A stretch of 55,068 nucleotides of DNA from Nitrososphaerota archaeon (GCA_013378375.1 JACAFT010000003.1:1-55068); one strand, 5' to 3'. Shown: positions 46,483-55,068, numbered from the stretch's first letter. The notes: a model not told the origin generated them from the letters alone. Made by a program: numbers and translations.

Positions 46483-47166
46483 CTAGACTTTTCCTGTTTT
46501 CAAAACTCTCAGTCCAGCTATTCCTACCCATAATCCAAGAATAACTGCTTCTATAAATTCAGGAATTGCTACTCCTTCAGGATATATTGTACTTATTGGC
46601 GATCCCAATATTGAAAGAACTGCTCCTATGATTACTGCTAATGCAATTATTCCTGATACAATTGAAAATATTGCAAAATTTCTATCTCTAGAGAATCTTT
46701 CTGCTCCAATTATCATTAAACCGATTGGAGTAAAAATAAAGTAAATTAATGCTACATTTCTATGAATTGATGCAGAAATATCATATGGAAATACACCTAC
46801 TAATGCAAGATTAATTCCTCCTATGAATAATATAGAATAAGCTATCTTGCTCATCAAATTATTTGGAATTGTTTTTCTAGTAAAAAAAACGAATACGGCA
46901 ATTAATACTCCAGCTATAATCATTCCTCCATTGAATACCCATATTGCAATTTGTGTCCCACCTTGTTGTTCTACTCCTAAATCACTAAGTGCATGTACTG
47001 GCCAATCAAACCATGGTGAAAAAGAAACAGAAACCAATACCAGTAAAAGTCCAATTATTGGACTAGCGATCCCTGCTATTCCAAATTGTTTTATCTTATT
47101 ACTTTCAGACATCGTTATAATATTAGTTAACATAAATGCCTTTAAGAATATTGGCAACAGCACCAA
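46483..47166 (-). CDS. Polytopic membrane protein (DUF998-like)
   Basis: 227 aa, about 6 TM segments, with WFDWPVHALSDLG. A more likely start is the ATG at 47112 (MSESNKIKQFG...). Confidence 0.6.
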   Translation of the reverse strand: MVLLPIFLKAFMLTNIITMSESNKIKQFGIAGIASPIIGLLLVLVSVSFSPWFDWPVHALSDLGVEQQGGTQIAIWVFNGGMIIAGVLIAVFVFFTRKTIPNNLMSKIAYSILFIGGINLALVGVFPYDISASIHRNVALIYFIFTPIGLMIIGAERFSRDRNFAIFSIVSGIIALAVIIGAVLSILGSPISTIYPEGVAIPEFIEAVILGLWVGIAGLRVLKTGKV

Positions 47167-47221
47167 AGGGATTCATATATCAAACAGGCCCTTTTCCAAT
47201 CTTACAAAGTCATTCACGTAG

Positions 47222-47466
47222 ACGTGAAAGCGCAACCACAACACTATACGGATGCTCCCTCCCGGGCCTGTCCGATTTCAGTAATTGAGGAATCACTATT
47301 TCCTTCGAGATAGCTATCCCTTATGACCACCAATCACGGCGTGATTTCATTCAAGCAAGAAGGTAGGTACTTGCAAATTATATTTTAACCAATGGTTACT
47401 GGCGCTGCATATAGCCGGTTTCAGCACGGGGGACGGCTATCACCCCAACCCTACCTGTTGCCAGTA
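47222..47466 (-). ncRNA. ffs: Signal recognition particle RNA (archaeal 7S); ends are approximate
   Basis: A GC-rich non-coding island. The minus strand carries GGACAGGCCCGGGAGGGAGCAUCC (47250-47273), matching the universal helix-8 SRP54-binding motif (compare E. coli GUCAGGUCCGGAAGGAAGCAGCC) with a GGGA tetraloop. The 5' AGGUAGG pairs with the internal CCUACCU, enclosing an Alu-like domain. Confidence 0.8.
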
Positions 47467-47482
47467 TAATAATTAACTTAAT

Positions 47483-47491
47483 GATATATAG
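47483..47491 (-). promoter_or_regulatory. Candidate TATA box for the SRP RNA gene
   Basis: The minus strand reads ctatatatc about 22-26 nt upstream of the proposed RNA 5' end. This is positional evidence only. Confidence 0.3.
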
Positions 47492-47503
47492 ATGGCTTGT
47501 TCT

Positions 47504-49228
47504 TCATTTCCTTGTTGTGTTTTTATATTGCACATAAATAACGAAGACGACGCTCAATAATACTAAAACATATGTCCATAATGTACGTTGTTCTGATGCC
47601 GAATAATTAGATTCTATTTCAGATACAAAAAATACATTATCTGGTATGTCATCAATTCTTGTATTCCTTTTAATAACATCTGATAACTTGGTGTTTGAAA
47701 TATCTTCTCTTAAATATTCCAAGTCTGGGTCGTTCAAATAGAATAAACTATCTCCATCTCTTATTCTTTCAAATTGTTCTTTTATTATATAATATCCAGT
47801 TTCCCCAAGTGTGGAATCTTCTAAATGTTCTTCTGCTAATATCCCAATAATTGGATCCAATTCATTAACATTTCTATAAGTCTGACTCAATCGTCTAATT
47901 ACTTCTTGATCTGAATTTATCTCATCAAATTCCATTACAGGTAGTAACCCAATTTCTTCTCGTATTGAATTATAATCTGGTATTCCATGGTCTCTTGCTC
48001 TTATGATATCTAATGCACATAAATCTAAACCTCCCCTTTGAGGTTCACCAAATAAAAAGTTCCTTATACTATTATGGTAGTATATATCATTCGCTTGTTG
48101 CTTTGTTACAACCACTCCTTTTATTATTGAATCAATTCCATGTTTCTGAATAATTGACGGATTGAAAAACCCATCTTCCATTGCAACCATTTGATTTATA
48201 CCTGTTTCATTGACTAGAACGAATTGTTCTCCTATTTGACTATGTCCAATTCTAAATGCTACAACAGAAAATAAATGCGAAATTTGTGGATTCACAGATT
48301 TATCATATGTATTATATGGCTCTAGTTCAATCCCTAGCGATGGTATAAATTCGTTATATGTTATTGATTGGATTATTGCTGTGTTTATCTTTCTTGCCAT
48401 TTGAAATATCTCTTCATCACTTAATTCTGGATTGTAGTTCAATATTTCTTCAGCAATACGATTATGTTCTCTTACAAACAACGTATTGACTGCTGTAAGT
48501 GCAATATTCTCATTTGCTCTAATATCGCCCGAAAAGAAAGCCAAACCCCTTACTCGTTGTACTTCTATTGAATTTGCAGGTGCTAACCGCAATAAATCTC
48601 CATTTTTATGTTCTGTTGTAATTAATTTACCTCCTTCAAATGTTCTTAATTCGTTTGCACGTTGTTCTGAAGTTCCATATATTACACTGCCATCTAACCA
48701 AGGCGTAACTGTGTTTATCTGCTCACGATTATTCTCTCTCGAAAATCCTGTTCTTACGTCATATAGGCTCCGAAATACTGACATCATTGTTTGGTTTTCT
48801 CGATAATGTGGATCATTTTCTGGCGCATTAATTTGAATTCTTTCTAAACTTTGTAATTTTGTATCAAAAATTGCTGTAGGTGTGAAATCTATATCATGGG
48901 AGATGAATTGACCCCATACCCAATTCATATCTGATAAATTCCTTTCATCCATGATATTCAAGTCTGGTTGTTGATCACATACTGTGTTGCTTATAGTTCT
49001 AGCATTAGGACTGCCTTTATTGGACAATTCTGATATTCCATCTGAATAAGCTTGACTAGCTAATCTTCGAAGAGTTAAATTTGCCTCGCCCCAATTTAAA
49101 TTTTCTTTGTTGTTATTTGAACCATTAAAACTATACGAGTCCGACACAATAATTTCTTGATACTGGCCTAGTGCAAATGATGGAAGTAATATTAACAAAC
49201 TAAATGTTAATATTACTACTCTATTCAT
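47504..49228 (-). CDS. Animal-type haem peroxidase (peroxidase-cyclooxygenase superfamily), secreted with a C-terminal membrane anchor
   Basis: 574 aa. WGQFISHDIDFT (distal His), FFSGDIRANEN (distal Arg), AFRIGHSQI (proximal His) and RARDHGIPDYN. Signal peptide MNRVVILTFSLLILLPSFALG. C-terminal TM LWTYVLVLLSVVFVIYV. Confidence 0.85.
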   Translation of the reverse strand: MNRVVILTFSLLILLPSFALGQYQEIIVSDSYSFNGSNNNKENLNWGEANLTLRRLASQAYSDGISELSNKGSPNARTISNTVCDQQPDLNIMDERNLSDMNWVWGQFISHDIDFTPTAIFDTKLQSLERIQINAPENDPHYRENQTMMSVFRSLYDVRTGFSRENNREQINTVTPWLDGSVIYGTSEQRANELRTFEGGKLITTEHKNGDLLRLAPANSIEVQRVRGLAFFSGDIRANENIALTAVNTLFVREHNRIAEEILNYNPELSDEEIFQMARKINTAIIQSITYNEFIPSLGIELEPYNTYDKSVNPQISHLFSVVAFRIGHSQIGEQFVLVNETGINQMVAMEDGFFNPSIIQKHGIDSIIKGVVVTKQQANDIYYHNSIRNFLFGEPQRGGLDLCALDIIRARDHGIPDYNSIREEIGLLPVMEFDEINSDQEVIRRLSQTYRNVNELDPIIGILAEEHLEDSTLGETGYYIIKEQFERIRDGDSLFYLNDPDLEYLREDISNTKLSDVIKRNTRIDDIPDNVFFVSEIESNYSASEQRTLWTYVLVLLSVVFVIYVQYKNTTRK

Positions 49229-49230
49229 TT

Positions 49231-49956
49231 CTATGATGATTTCGGTAATGATTTAGCTAGTTGTTCGAGTTTCTTTACAGTTACTGAACCAGTGGATAAT
49301 TCTCCAGTAAAAGTAAATTTTGGACCGAATATTGCATAATTGACTGGTGCTTCATTTTCATCAAAGAATGCAGTATATGAAAATGCTTTTCTATCTACTG
49401 CAACAATCTCTGATTTGAATGGTTCTGGTTTTATTCTAGATCCGTATATATTTCCTCCAGCAGAAGCTTCAGTAAAACAATCTCCTGTATCGCTTTCTAA
49501 GATACACGTTGAGTTTTCAGATTCTTCAATTGATTTTACATGTAGATTCGACGTAGACATTAACATAAAGAAAGTATTTTCTTCAATTGGTACTTCTCCC
49601 ATTAGATATGTTGGCATTATAAATGCTTCAGGATTGTTATCTACCCGGCAAATTGCATTTTTCTGGTCAAAATAGAATGTCTCATCCATTCTTATTGTTG
49701 GTTGTTTATCGACTGTATTTGGCATCTTCTTAATATTACTTCCTCCACCAAATATTGCCCATCTTTGAAGATCTCCTAATTGATCATTCAAAGAATCAAT
49801 ATCAGTTTGTAATCTTGAATTTACTTCTTTTTCTGCAGACAGGTTGTTATTGGAATTTATAAATCCTAATCCCCCTATTCCTAATCCGACAGCAGCTCCT
49901 CCAACATACTTTATGAAATCTCTTCTATTCTGTTTGTCAGGTAGAATGTTTGTCAT
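49231..49956 (-). CDS. Tat-signal (twin-arginine) exported protein of unknown function
   Basis: I take the start as the ATG at 49956 (MTNILPDKQNRRDFIKYVGGAAVGLGIGG...), which gives a canonical RRxFxK Tat motif plus an h-region. The track start at 50031 would overlap argF. The stop lies 2 nt before the peroxidase start. Confidence 0.65.
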   Translation of the reverse strand: MTNILPDKQNRRDFIKYVGGAAVGLGIGGLGFINSNNNLSAEKEVNSRLQTDIDSLNDQLGDLQRWAIFGGGSNIKKMPNTVDKQPTIRMDETFYFDQKNAICRVDNNPEAFIMPTYLMGEVPIEENTFFMLMSTSNLHVKSIEESENSTCILESDTGDCFTEASAGGNIYGSRIKPEPFKSEIVAVDRKAFSYTAFFDENEAPVNYAIFGPKFTFTGELSTGSVTVKKLEQLAKSLPKSS

Positions 49957-50012
49957 AATATAATTCACAATCAGCTTATTTATATATATAACGGCATTAT
50001 AAACAAAAATTT

Positions 50013-50927
50013 CTATTTTAATAAAGACCATATTAAGGCCTTATGCATATGCAATTTATTTTCAACTTGTTGCCAAATCACTGAATTATTTCCATCAATT
50101 ACTTTTTCTGATACTTCTTCTCCACGAACTGCAGGTAAACAGTGCATGAATATTGCATTATCTTTCGCTTTAGACATAAGTGATTGTGTTATTTTATATT
50201 TTGGAAGAAATTGTTTTCTTTTTTCTTTTATATTTTTATCTCCCATTGATATTATTTTGTCTGTTGATATTACATCTGCATCTTTTGCAGCTTTAATTGG
50301 ATCTGTAGTTATGAGTAATTTACTTCCATTATTATCTGCTATTTCTTTAGCAAGTTTTAATATCCTCTTATTTGGAAAATATCTTTTTGGGCAAGAAACT
50401 GAAAAATTTGCCCCAAGTTTTAATGATGCTATCATAAAGTCATTAAATACATTATTACTGTCTCCAATCCAAGATATGTTTAGATTTTGAATATTCTTTT
50501 TGTTTTCTATAATTGTCTGAATATCTGATAATGCTTGGCATGGGTGATTTGTATTTGATAAAGCATTTATTACTGGTATTGAAGAATTTTCTGCAAATTC
50601 GAGAATATCTGAATTGTTAAATGTACGAATAACCACAATGTCGACATATTGAGATAATGTTTTAGCTGTGTCTTTAATTAATTCGCCCCTAGATAATTGT
50701 AAATCTGCATAACTCAAAAAAATAGAATTTCCGCCTAGTTCTCTCATTGCAACTTCAAAACTTAATCTAGTTCTAGTTGATGGTTTTTGAAAAATTAATG
50801 CTAGTGTTTTATTTCTAATTGTTTTTGTCGATATTTTGTTGTTTGTTTTGAATTTTTTTGCAAGATTTACTAATTTTTTAATTTCCCTTGCATCTAATTC
50901 TTCTATTGAAACGAGTTTTTTGTTCAA
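50013..50927 (-). CDS. argF: Ornithine carbamoyltransferase
   Basis: 304 aa. KPSTRTRLSFE, HPCQALSD, a DKIISMG-type SMG motif and HCLPAVRGEEV, where HCLP is diagnostic for OTC rather than ATCase. Confidence 0.85.
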   Translation of the reverse strand: MNKKLVSIEELDAREIKKLVNLAKKFKTNNKISTKTIRNKTLALIFQKPSTRTRLSFEVAMRELGGNSIFLSYADLQLSRGELIKDTAKTLSQYVDIVVIRTFNNSDILEFAENSSIPVINALSNTNHPCQALSDIQTIIENKKNIQNLNISWIGDSNNVFNDFMIASLKLGANFSVSCPKRYFPNKRILKLAKEIADNNGSKLLITTDPIKAAKDADVISTDKIISMGDKNIKEKRKQFLPKYKITQSLMSKAKDNAIFMHCLPAVRGEEVSEKVIDGNNSVIWQQVENKLHMHKALIWSLLK

Positions 50928-50930
50928 TTT

Positions 50931-51857
50931 TTATCTTCCTTGTTCCTTGAATAAATTTGATAGAAATCTATCTTTGTTAAACTTCTCAAGGTCTTTATAC
51001 TCTTGTCCAGTCCCTATATATATTATTGGTTTTGACGTTTCACTCAATACTGCTAATAACGCTCCTCCCTTGACATCCGCGTCTACTTTTGTCAGAATTG
51101 ACCCATTAAACTCTGTAAATTTGTAGAATTCCTGAGCTTGTGATACCAAATCATTGCCAGTTAGTGAATCACCTACGAATATTGTAAAATTTGGATTTAT
51201 TACATTTCTAATTTTTGATATTTCTTGCATGAGATTATTACTTGTTTGAACACGTCCAGATGTATCAATTAACACAACATCGATATTATGAAGTTTTGAA
51301 TACTCAACACCATCTCTTGATACTGCTGCTGGATCTGACCCATATTTTTGTGCGATTATCTTGATATCTAATCTGTTTGCATGTTCTTTGATTTGTTCAA
51401 TTGCTCCTGCTCTAAATGTATCTGCTGCGACCAGGACTACGCTAAGGTTATTTGTTTTTAATAAATTTCCTATTTTTGCTATTGTTGTAGTTTTTCCTGA
51501 TCCATTTATTCCAACAATTAATATCTTGAATGGTTTTTCACTTGATTTGATTAATTCTATTAAATCAATTTCTTCTATTTGATCAAATATGTTGTTTATT
51601 GATAAGGTAAATCTATCTTTAATTATTTTATTAAATTCTGTATTTCTTGAAAATGTATTATTGATTAATTCATTTCTTAAATCTTGAGATAATTTCTCAA
51701 CTAAATTGAAGGGTAGTTCACATTCCAATAAATTTATTTCAAATTCTTCCAATGTTCTATTTAATTCTTCTTCTGAAATTTTTTTTTCTACAGCAATTTT
51801 TGAAATATTTGAAACTGTATTTCTAATTTTGTCGAACATTTTGTTGGCCCTGTACAA
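50931..51857 (-). CDS. ftsY: Signal recognition particle receptor FtsY
   Basis: 308 aa. GINGSGKTTTIAKIG, DTFRAGAIEQ, DTSGR, TKVDA and GTGQ. The likely start is M7 (51839). Confidence 0.9.
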   Translation of the reverse strand: MYRANKMFDKIRNTVSNISKIAVEKKISEEELNRTLEEFEINLLECELPFNLVEKLSQDLRNELINNTFSRNTEFNKIIKDRFTLSINNIFDQIEEIDLIELIKSSEKPFKILIVGINGSGKTTTIAKIGNLLKTNNLSVVLVAADTFRAGAIEQIKEHANRLDIKIIAQKYGSDPAAVSRDGVEYSKLHNIDVVLIDTSGRVQTSNNLMQEISKIRNVINPNFTIFVGDSLTGNDLVSQAQEFYKFTEFNGSILTKVDADVKGGALLAVLSETSKPIIYIGTGQEYKDLEKFNKDRFLSNLFKEQGR

Positions 51858-52245
51858 TTGTGTTCAAAGCTGTTCTAATACTATTGTATTGTTGTGCCAT
51901 TTCATTTTTTTGTACTGTTAATGTTTTCATTGCTTCTTCTATATCTTTTATTCTTGTATCGAGGAATTCTTTCACTTCTTCTGCATTTTTTTCTATTGTT
52001 ATTCCTGCTCCTATATTTACTAGAAATGTGGGTGTTTTTCCCAATTTTATTAATAACCCTGATCCTATTGGAAATAATATATCTTCAAAATTAGCTTTTT
52101 CTAGATTTTCAGTAGCTTTGCTCGCTGCTTTGCTTTCTATTATTGCCTTGATTGAAATATTTTCTCTATTGTTAATTTCTTCTAGGTAAGATTCTAGCAT
52201 TCTCATTTGTTGAATCATTGCTTGTGCTTGTTGTTCTGCGCTCAA
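51823..52245 (-). CDS. pfdA: Prefoldin alpha subunit
   Basis: 140 aa. Coiled coil, beta-hairpin (ILFPIGSGLLIKL...VNIGAGITIE), coiled coil. It sits in the conserved aIF6-pfdA-ftsY archaeal neighbourhood. Confidence 0.8.
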   Translation of the reverse strand: MSAEQQAQAMIQQMRMLESYLEEINNRENISIKAIIESKAASKATENLEKANFEDILFPIGSGLLIKLGKTPTFLVNIGAGITIEKNAEEVKEFLDTRIKDIEEAMKTLTVQKNEMAQQYNSIRTALNTIVQGQQNVRQN

Positions 52246-52301
52246 TTTAGTTCTGATTTGTTTTGGATATTTAAAACACTATTGCTAAAAATATATCTGT
52301 T

Positions 52302-52988
52302 CTAAATTCCAAATGCTCTACTAAGCATTACTAATTCAGGACCGCTAGTTTGACTTCCAACAAGTATGTTTTTTGAATTTGAAATAATTCCTGAGGAAAC
52401 ATATGGCACTCCGCTGTTGACTGTTGCATTTTCTACTTCTACTTGAAGTATTTCACTTATAATTTTCATTTCATCTTTGTTTATAATGGGGTGTGCAATT
52501 GCACCTTTGTTAGTCGTATTGATCATGGCGCCTATTAGATATATTGGTGAAAAACCTGTTTGTTTATTGGATATTTCCATTCTTTTTACGGGTACTTTTA
52601 GACTTTTTGAAATTTCTTTTGCTTGTTCTTCACTTACTAGACTAGATACTATTCCTCCATAATCGTTTGCTGTAATTAAGTTTCCAACTGCAGTGAATCT
52701 TGAATTCAATTTTTGTATGTTTAGTCCTGTTTCCTTTGATATAATATTTATTTCAAAATTTTCTATTAACTTTGATACAATTATTCCATTGTTATTCATT
52801 ATAGATAATGCCCCTAGCAAATTCGAACCTCCTATTGATGTTGTAATATTTGATACTTTCAAATGTGTTTTCATTTGTTGTATTTTATTGGCAGAGATAC
52901 CCGGAGGACTTAATACTGAATTATCATTCGAACGAATGAAAACTCCTATGTTTGGGTTCCTATATATATTGAAGTGAACAATATTCAA
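52302..52988 (-). CDS. eif6: Translation initiation factor 6 (aIF6)
   Basis: 228 aa. NIYRNPNIGVFIRSND, with repeated pentein-like segments ending in ...GS/GN motifs. Confidence 0.88.
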   Translation of the reverse strand: MNIVHFNIYRNPNIGVFIRSNDNSVLSPPGISANKIQQMKTHLKVSNITTSIGGSNLLGALSIMNNNGIIVSKLIENFEINIISKETGLNIQKLNSRFTAVGNLITANDYGGIVSSLVSEEQAKEISKSLKVPVKRMEISNKQTGFSPIYLIGAMINTTNKGAIAHPIINKDEMKIISEILQVEVENATVNSGVPYVSSGIISNSKNILVGSQTSGPELVMLSRAFGI

Positions 52989-53050
52989 TTATGTTTACAC
53001 ATTGATAATTTTCAAAGATTACTTATAGAGATTACGTTAATTATTTATTA

Positions 53051-53416
53051 TTGAACGATTTTAATATTCCTTTTCAAATCAAGAAATTGAGTAAATCAAA
53101 ATTTCGTAGCAAATTTCACTTGTCTGATTCTGACTGTCACTACATTCAAAAACATGGACTTGATGAAATTAGACTTCACGCTACCCAGTTTATTATTACT
53201 AGATTATCTCCTGCATTTCCTAAAAATGACGGAAGACAAACTCCATTTAAAAATCACCCTGTTTTTGTGGCGCAGCATGCTACTGCAACTTGTTGTCGTA
53301 AATGTATGAATAAATGGTATAATGTGCCTAAAGGTATGATTCTTAATCAATTTCAAATAGATTTTGCTGTAGAACTCATCATTTACTGGATTAAGCTTCA
53401 ACTTAATGATTCTTAA
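53051..53416 (+). CDS. DUF4186-family protein
   Basis: 121 aa. NDGRQTPFKNHPVFVAQHATATCCRKCMNKW matches my memory of the DUF4186 signature. TTG start. Confidence 0.6.
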   Translation: MNDFNIPFQIKKLSKSKFRSKFHLSDSDCHYIQKHGLDEIRLHATQFIITRLSPAFPKNDGRQTPFKNHPVFVAQHATATCCRKCMNKWYNVPKGMILNQFQIDFAVELIIYWIKLQLNDS

Positions 53417-53468
53417 TTTACCCCACAAAGTTAAATAGATATTAAAGTCAATTCGTTTTTAAACTCTG

Positions 53469-54530
53469 TTGAATTCTATTAAAAAAGGCCACTTGATGGA
53501 ATTACCCGGCCGTGTATTAATTGGTACTGATATTATTCAGGAATTTGGTAATTTTCTTACTGATCTTAGTATTACTAGTAATATATTATTTGTTAGTGGT
53601 CCAAAAGTTCACACTGTACTGAAAGATAAACTGGAAACTTCATTAAATTCATCTAATCTAACCTTTGATTGGAAAATTGTTGAACATGCAACCAATCAGG
53701 TCATTGATGAAGTTTCATTACTTTGTCAGAATAATAATTATGAAATAATCGTAGGTGTTGGTGGAGGAAAATCAGTTGATGTTGCTAAGTTGACTTCATA
53801 CAAGGAAAATATTCCATTTATTAGTGTTCCTACTAGCGCATCTCATGATGGAATATCTAGTCCATTTGCTTCGATTAAAGGATTGGAAAGGCCGTATTCT
53901 TTTGTAGCAAGTCCCCCAATTGGAATATTTGCTGATATTGAAATAATTTCCCAAGCTCCAGATAGATTGTTGTCTAGTGGATGTGGTGATCTAATTGCAA
54001 AAATAACTGCTGTGAAAGATTGGGAATTGGCACATATTGAATCTGGCGAAAGATTTGGTAATTACGCCGCGAGTTTAGCTTATATGAGTTCACAGATTTT
54101 ATTTGATCAATCTTTGAACTTTGCTCAAAATAGAATTGATAGCGTTAGAAATATTGTCGAAGCTCTGATAAGTACTGGTGTAGCTGCAGGTATTGCTGGT
54201 AGCAGCCGTCCTTGTAGTGGTTCTGAACATCTTATTAGTCATGCTCTTGACGTAATTTCTCCAGGTAACGGTTTACACGGAGAAAAATGTGGAATTTCTA
54301 CTATACTTATGTCAAAGCTACATGGTTTAGATTGGCAAAATATACGTGATACTCTTGTACGAATGAATTGTCCTACTAAGATTGATGAGATCGGTATAAC
54401 TCCTGATGAAATGATTGAAGCTATTAATATTGCTCCAACAATCCGCCCTGATCGTTATACTATATTGAATAAAATTGAACTCGATAGAGAAAATATCAAG
54501 ACGTTACTGTCTGAAACTAAATGTATATAG
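53469..54530 (+). CDS. egsA: NAD(P)-dependent glycerol-1-phosphate dehydrogenase (archaeal lipid backbone)
   Basis: 353 aa. LPGRVLIG, GVGGGKSVDVAK, PTSASHDGISSPFAS and GSEHLISHALD. Confidence 0.88.
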   Translation: MNSIKKGHLMELPGRVLIGTDIIQEFGNFLTDLSITSNILFVSGPKVHTVLKDKLETSLNSSNLTFDWKIVEHATNQVIDEVSLLCQNNNYEIIVGVGGGKSVDVAKLTSYKENIPFISVPTSASHDGISSPFASIKGLERPYSFVASPPIGIFADIEIISQAPDRLLSSGCGDLIAKITAVKDWELAHIESGERFGNYAASLAYMSSQILFDQSLNFAQNRIDSVRNIVEALISTGVAAGIAGSSRPCSGSEHLISHALDVISPGNGLHGEKCGISTILMSKLHGLDWQNIRDTLVRMNCPTKIDEIGITPDEMIEAINIAPTIRPDRYTILNKIELDRENIKTLLSETKCI

Positions 54531-54773
54531 TTATTCTGTATTCTCGCTGCTGTTGTTTTCTTTACCCAAGTCATTTTGTTCTCTTGTAATACCGTTTGGC
54601 TTTAGTTTTCTATAAAACCGTGGTAAAATAAACATAATTAACAAAATTGTAAAAATTACACCTGATGCTATCTGCACATCGCTTTTAGTCATTCCCTCAG
54701 GTACTGCAAATCGTGAGCGTATTATGAATGGAATTGGATTCTTAATGATATAAAACAAAAGTGCAATGCTCAT
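54531..54773 (-). CDS. Small membrane protein (80 aa)
   Basis: Two hydrophobic segments. The second is followed by LPRFYRKLKP, shared with the next small ORF. Confidence 0.5.
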   Translation of the reverse strand: MSIALLFYIIKNPIPFIIRSRFAVPEGMTKSDVQIASGVIFTILLIMFILPRFYRKLKPNGITREQNDLGKENNSSENTE

Positions 54774-54790
54774 AATTCATTTCATGTGTG

Positions 54791-54913
54791 TTATCTATTT
54801 CTAATTTTGACTGGCCTTAGTTTTCTGTAAACCCGTGGTACCAAACTCACAATTACCACAATTATAAAAATTAAAACAAAATATTTTGGATCTACTAAGT
54901 TACCTGCACTCAT
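54791..54913 (-). CDS. 40-aa single-TM peptide, paralogous to the C-terminal half of 54531-54773
   Basis: My translation is MSAGNLVDPKYFVLIFIIVVIVSLVPRVYRKLRPVKIRNR. VPRVYRKLRP matches LPRFYRKLKP in the neighbour. The DNA is also similar (ggccttagttttctgtaaacccgtggta vs ggctttagttttctataaaaccgtggta). Its ATG overlaps the upstream stop (ATGA). Confidence 0.5.
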   Translation of the reverse strand: MSAGNLVDPKYFVLIFIIVVIVSLVPRVYRKLRPVKIRNR

Positions 54914-55068
54914 GATTCATTAACACCTGTATCCTTTACTTCCTCAATTACTTCACTTTGTTCATTGTTTGTATCCTTTACTTCCTCAATTACTTCACTT
55001 TGTTCATTGTTTGTATCCTTTACTTCCTCAATTACTTCACTTTGTTCATTGTTTGTATCCTTTACTTC
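54910..55068 (-). CDS. Acidic tandem-repeat protein, C-terminal fragment (5' end outside the window)
   Basis: The minus-strand frame is open to the window edge: ...(EVKDTNNEQSEVIE)x3+ EVKDTGVNES*. The stop TGA is at 54910-54912. Confidence 0.55.
   Translation of the reverse strand, partial: EVKDTNNEQSEVIEEVKDTNNEQSEVIEEVKDTNNEQSEVIEEVKDTGVNES
54930..55068. repeat. Perfect 42-nt tandem repeat, at least 3.3 copies, continuing past the window edge
   Basis: The unit tatcctttacttcctcaattacttcactttgttcattgtttg starts at 54930, 54972, 55014 and 55056 with no mismatches. Confidence 0.95.

Noticed and set aside
49957-50031. 25-codon N-terminal extension of the Tat-signal protein (track start 50031)
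   Set aside because: The extension would overlap the 3' end of argF and place hydrophobic residues ahead of the twin-arginine motif. The ATG at 49956 gives a canonical Tat signal architecture.
52246-52301. Expected small ribosomal protein gene (LX/L18a-type) between aIF6 and prefoldin, as in many archaea
   Set aside because: The gap is only 56 nt with no ORF, so the gene is simply absent from this position.
54930-55068. Possible CRISPR array
   Set aside because: The 42-nt units are directly abutting with no spacers. They are perfectly in frame within an open minus-strand reading frame, and no cas genes are nearby. This is a coding tandem repeat.
1-55068. Mobile elements (transposases, integrases, IS inverted repeats), rRNA genes and cas genes
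   Set aside because: I recognised no transposase or integrase motifs in any ORF and no rRNA-like conserved stretches. The only GC-rich non-coding islands are explained by the four tRNAs and the SRP RNA.

Overview
This is a strongly AT-rich archaeal chromosomal segment. Archaeal markers include glycerol-1-phosphate dehydrogenase, aIF6, prefoldin alpha, ribosomal protein S19e, RNase P protein Rpp21, Nep1, a 7S SRP RNA and intron-containing tRNAs. The gene content and the non-canonical tRNA introns fit a Nitrososphaerota (Thaumarchaeota), Nitrosopumilales-like genome, but that assignment is inference. Most of the window is housekeeping: malic enzyme, Lhr helicase, aconitase, hisS, 2-oxoacid:ferredoxin oxidoreductase, a lipA/E1beta/E2/lipB operon, ilvB, carAB, serB, argF, ftsY and egsA. 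I found features missing from the ORF track: four tRNAs (all with introns, three at non-canonical positions), an SRP RNA, a truncated Rossmann-fold CDS at the left edge, two small membrane ORFs and a truncated repeat protein at the right edge. The best candidate for an undescribed system is the 9467-17884 cluster. It holds two divergent FtsZ/tubulin-superfamily proteins: one of 895 aa with intact G-box, signature and T7-like motifs plus a very long coiled coil, and one of 441 aa with a zinc ribbon and a degraded signature. These sit with a type-I membrane protein, a polytopic membrane protein carrying a large helical cytoplasmic domain, and a PH/GRAM-like protein, next to a 1494-aa surface protein. 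Secondary candidates are a Tat-exported unknown co-transcribed with a membrane-anchored animal-type haem peroxidase, a PPC/CARDB surface protein with a permease-less ABC ATPase, a 2-oxoacid dehydrogenase operon lacking E1alpha and E3, and a perfect 42-nt in-frame tandem repeat beside duplicated mini membrane genes at the right edge. All family calls come from motif recognition by eye, with no searches run.
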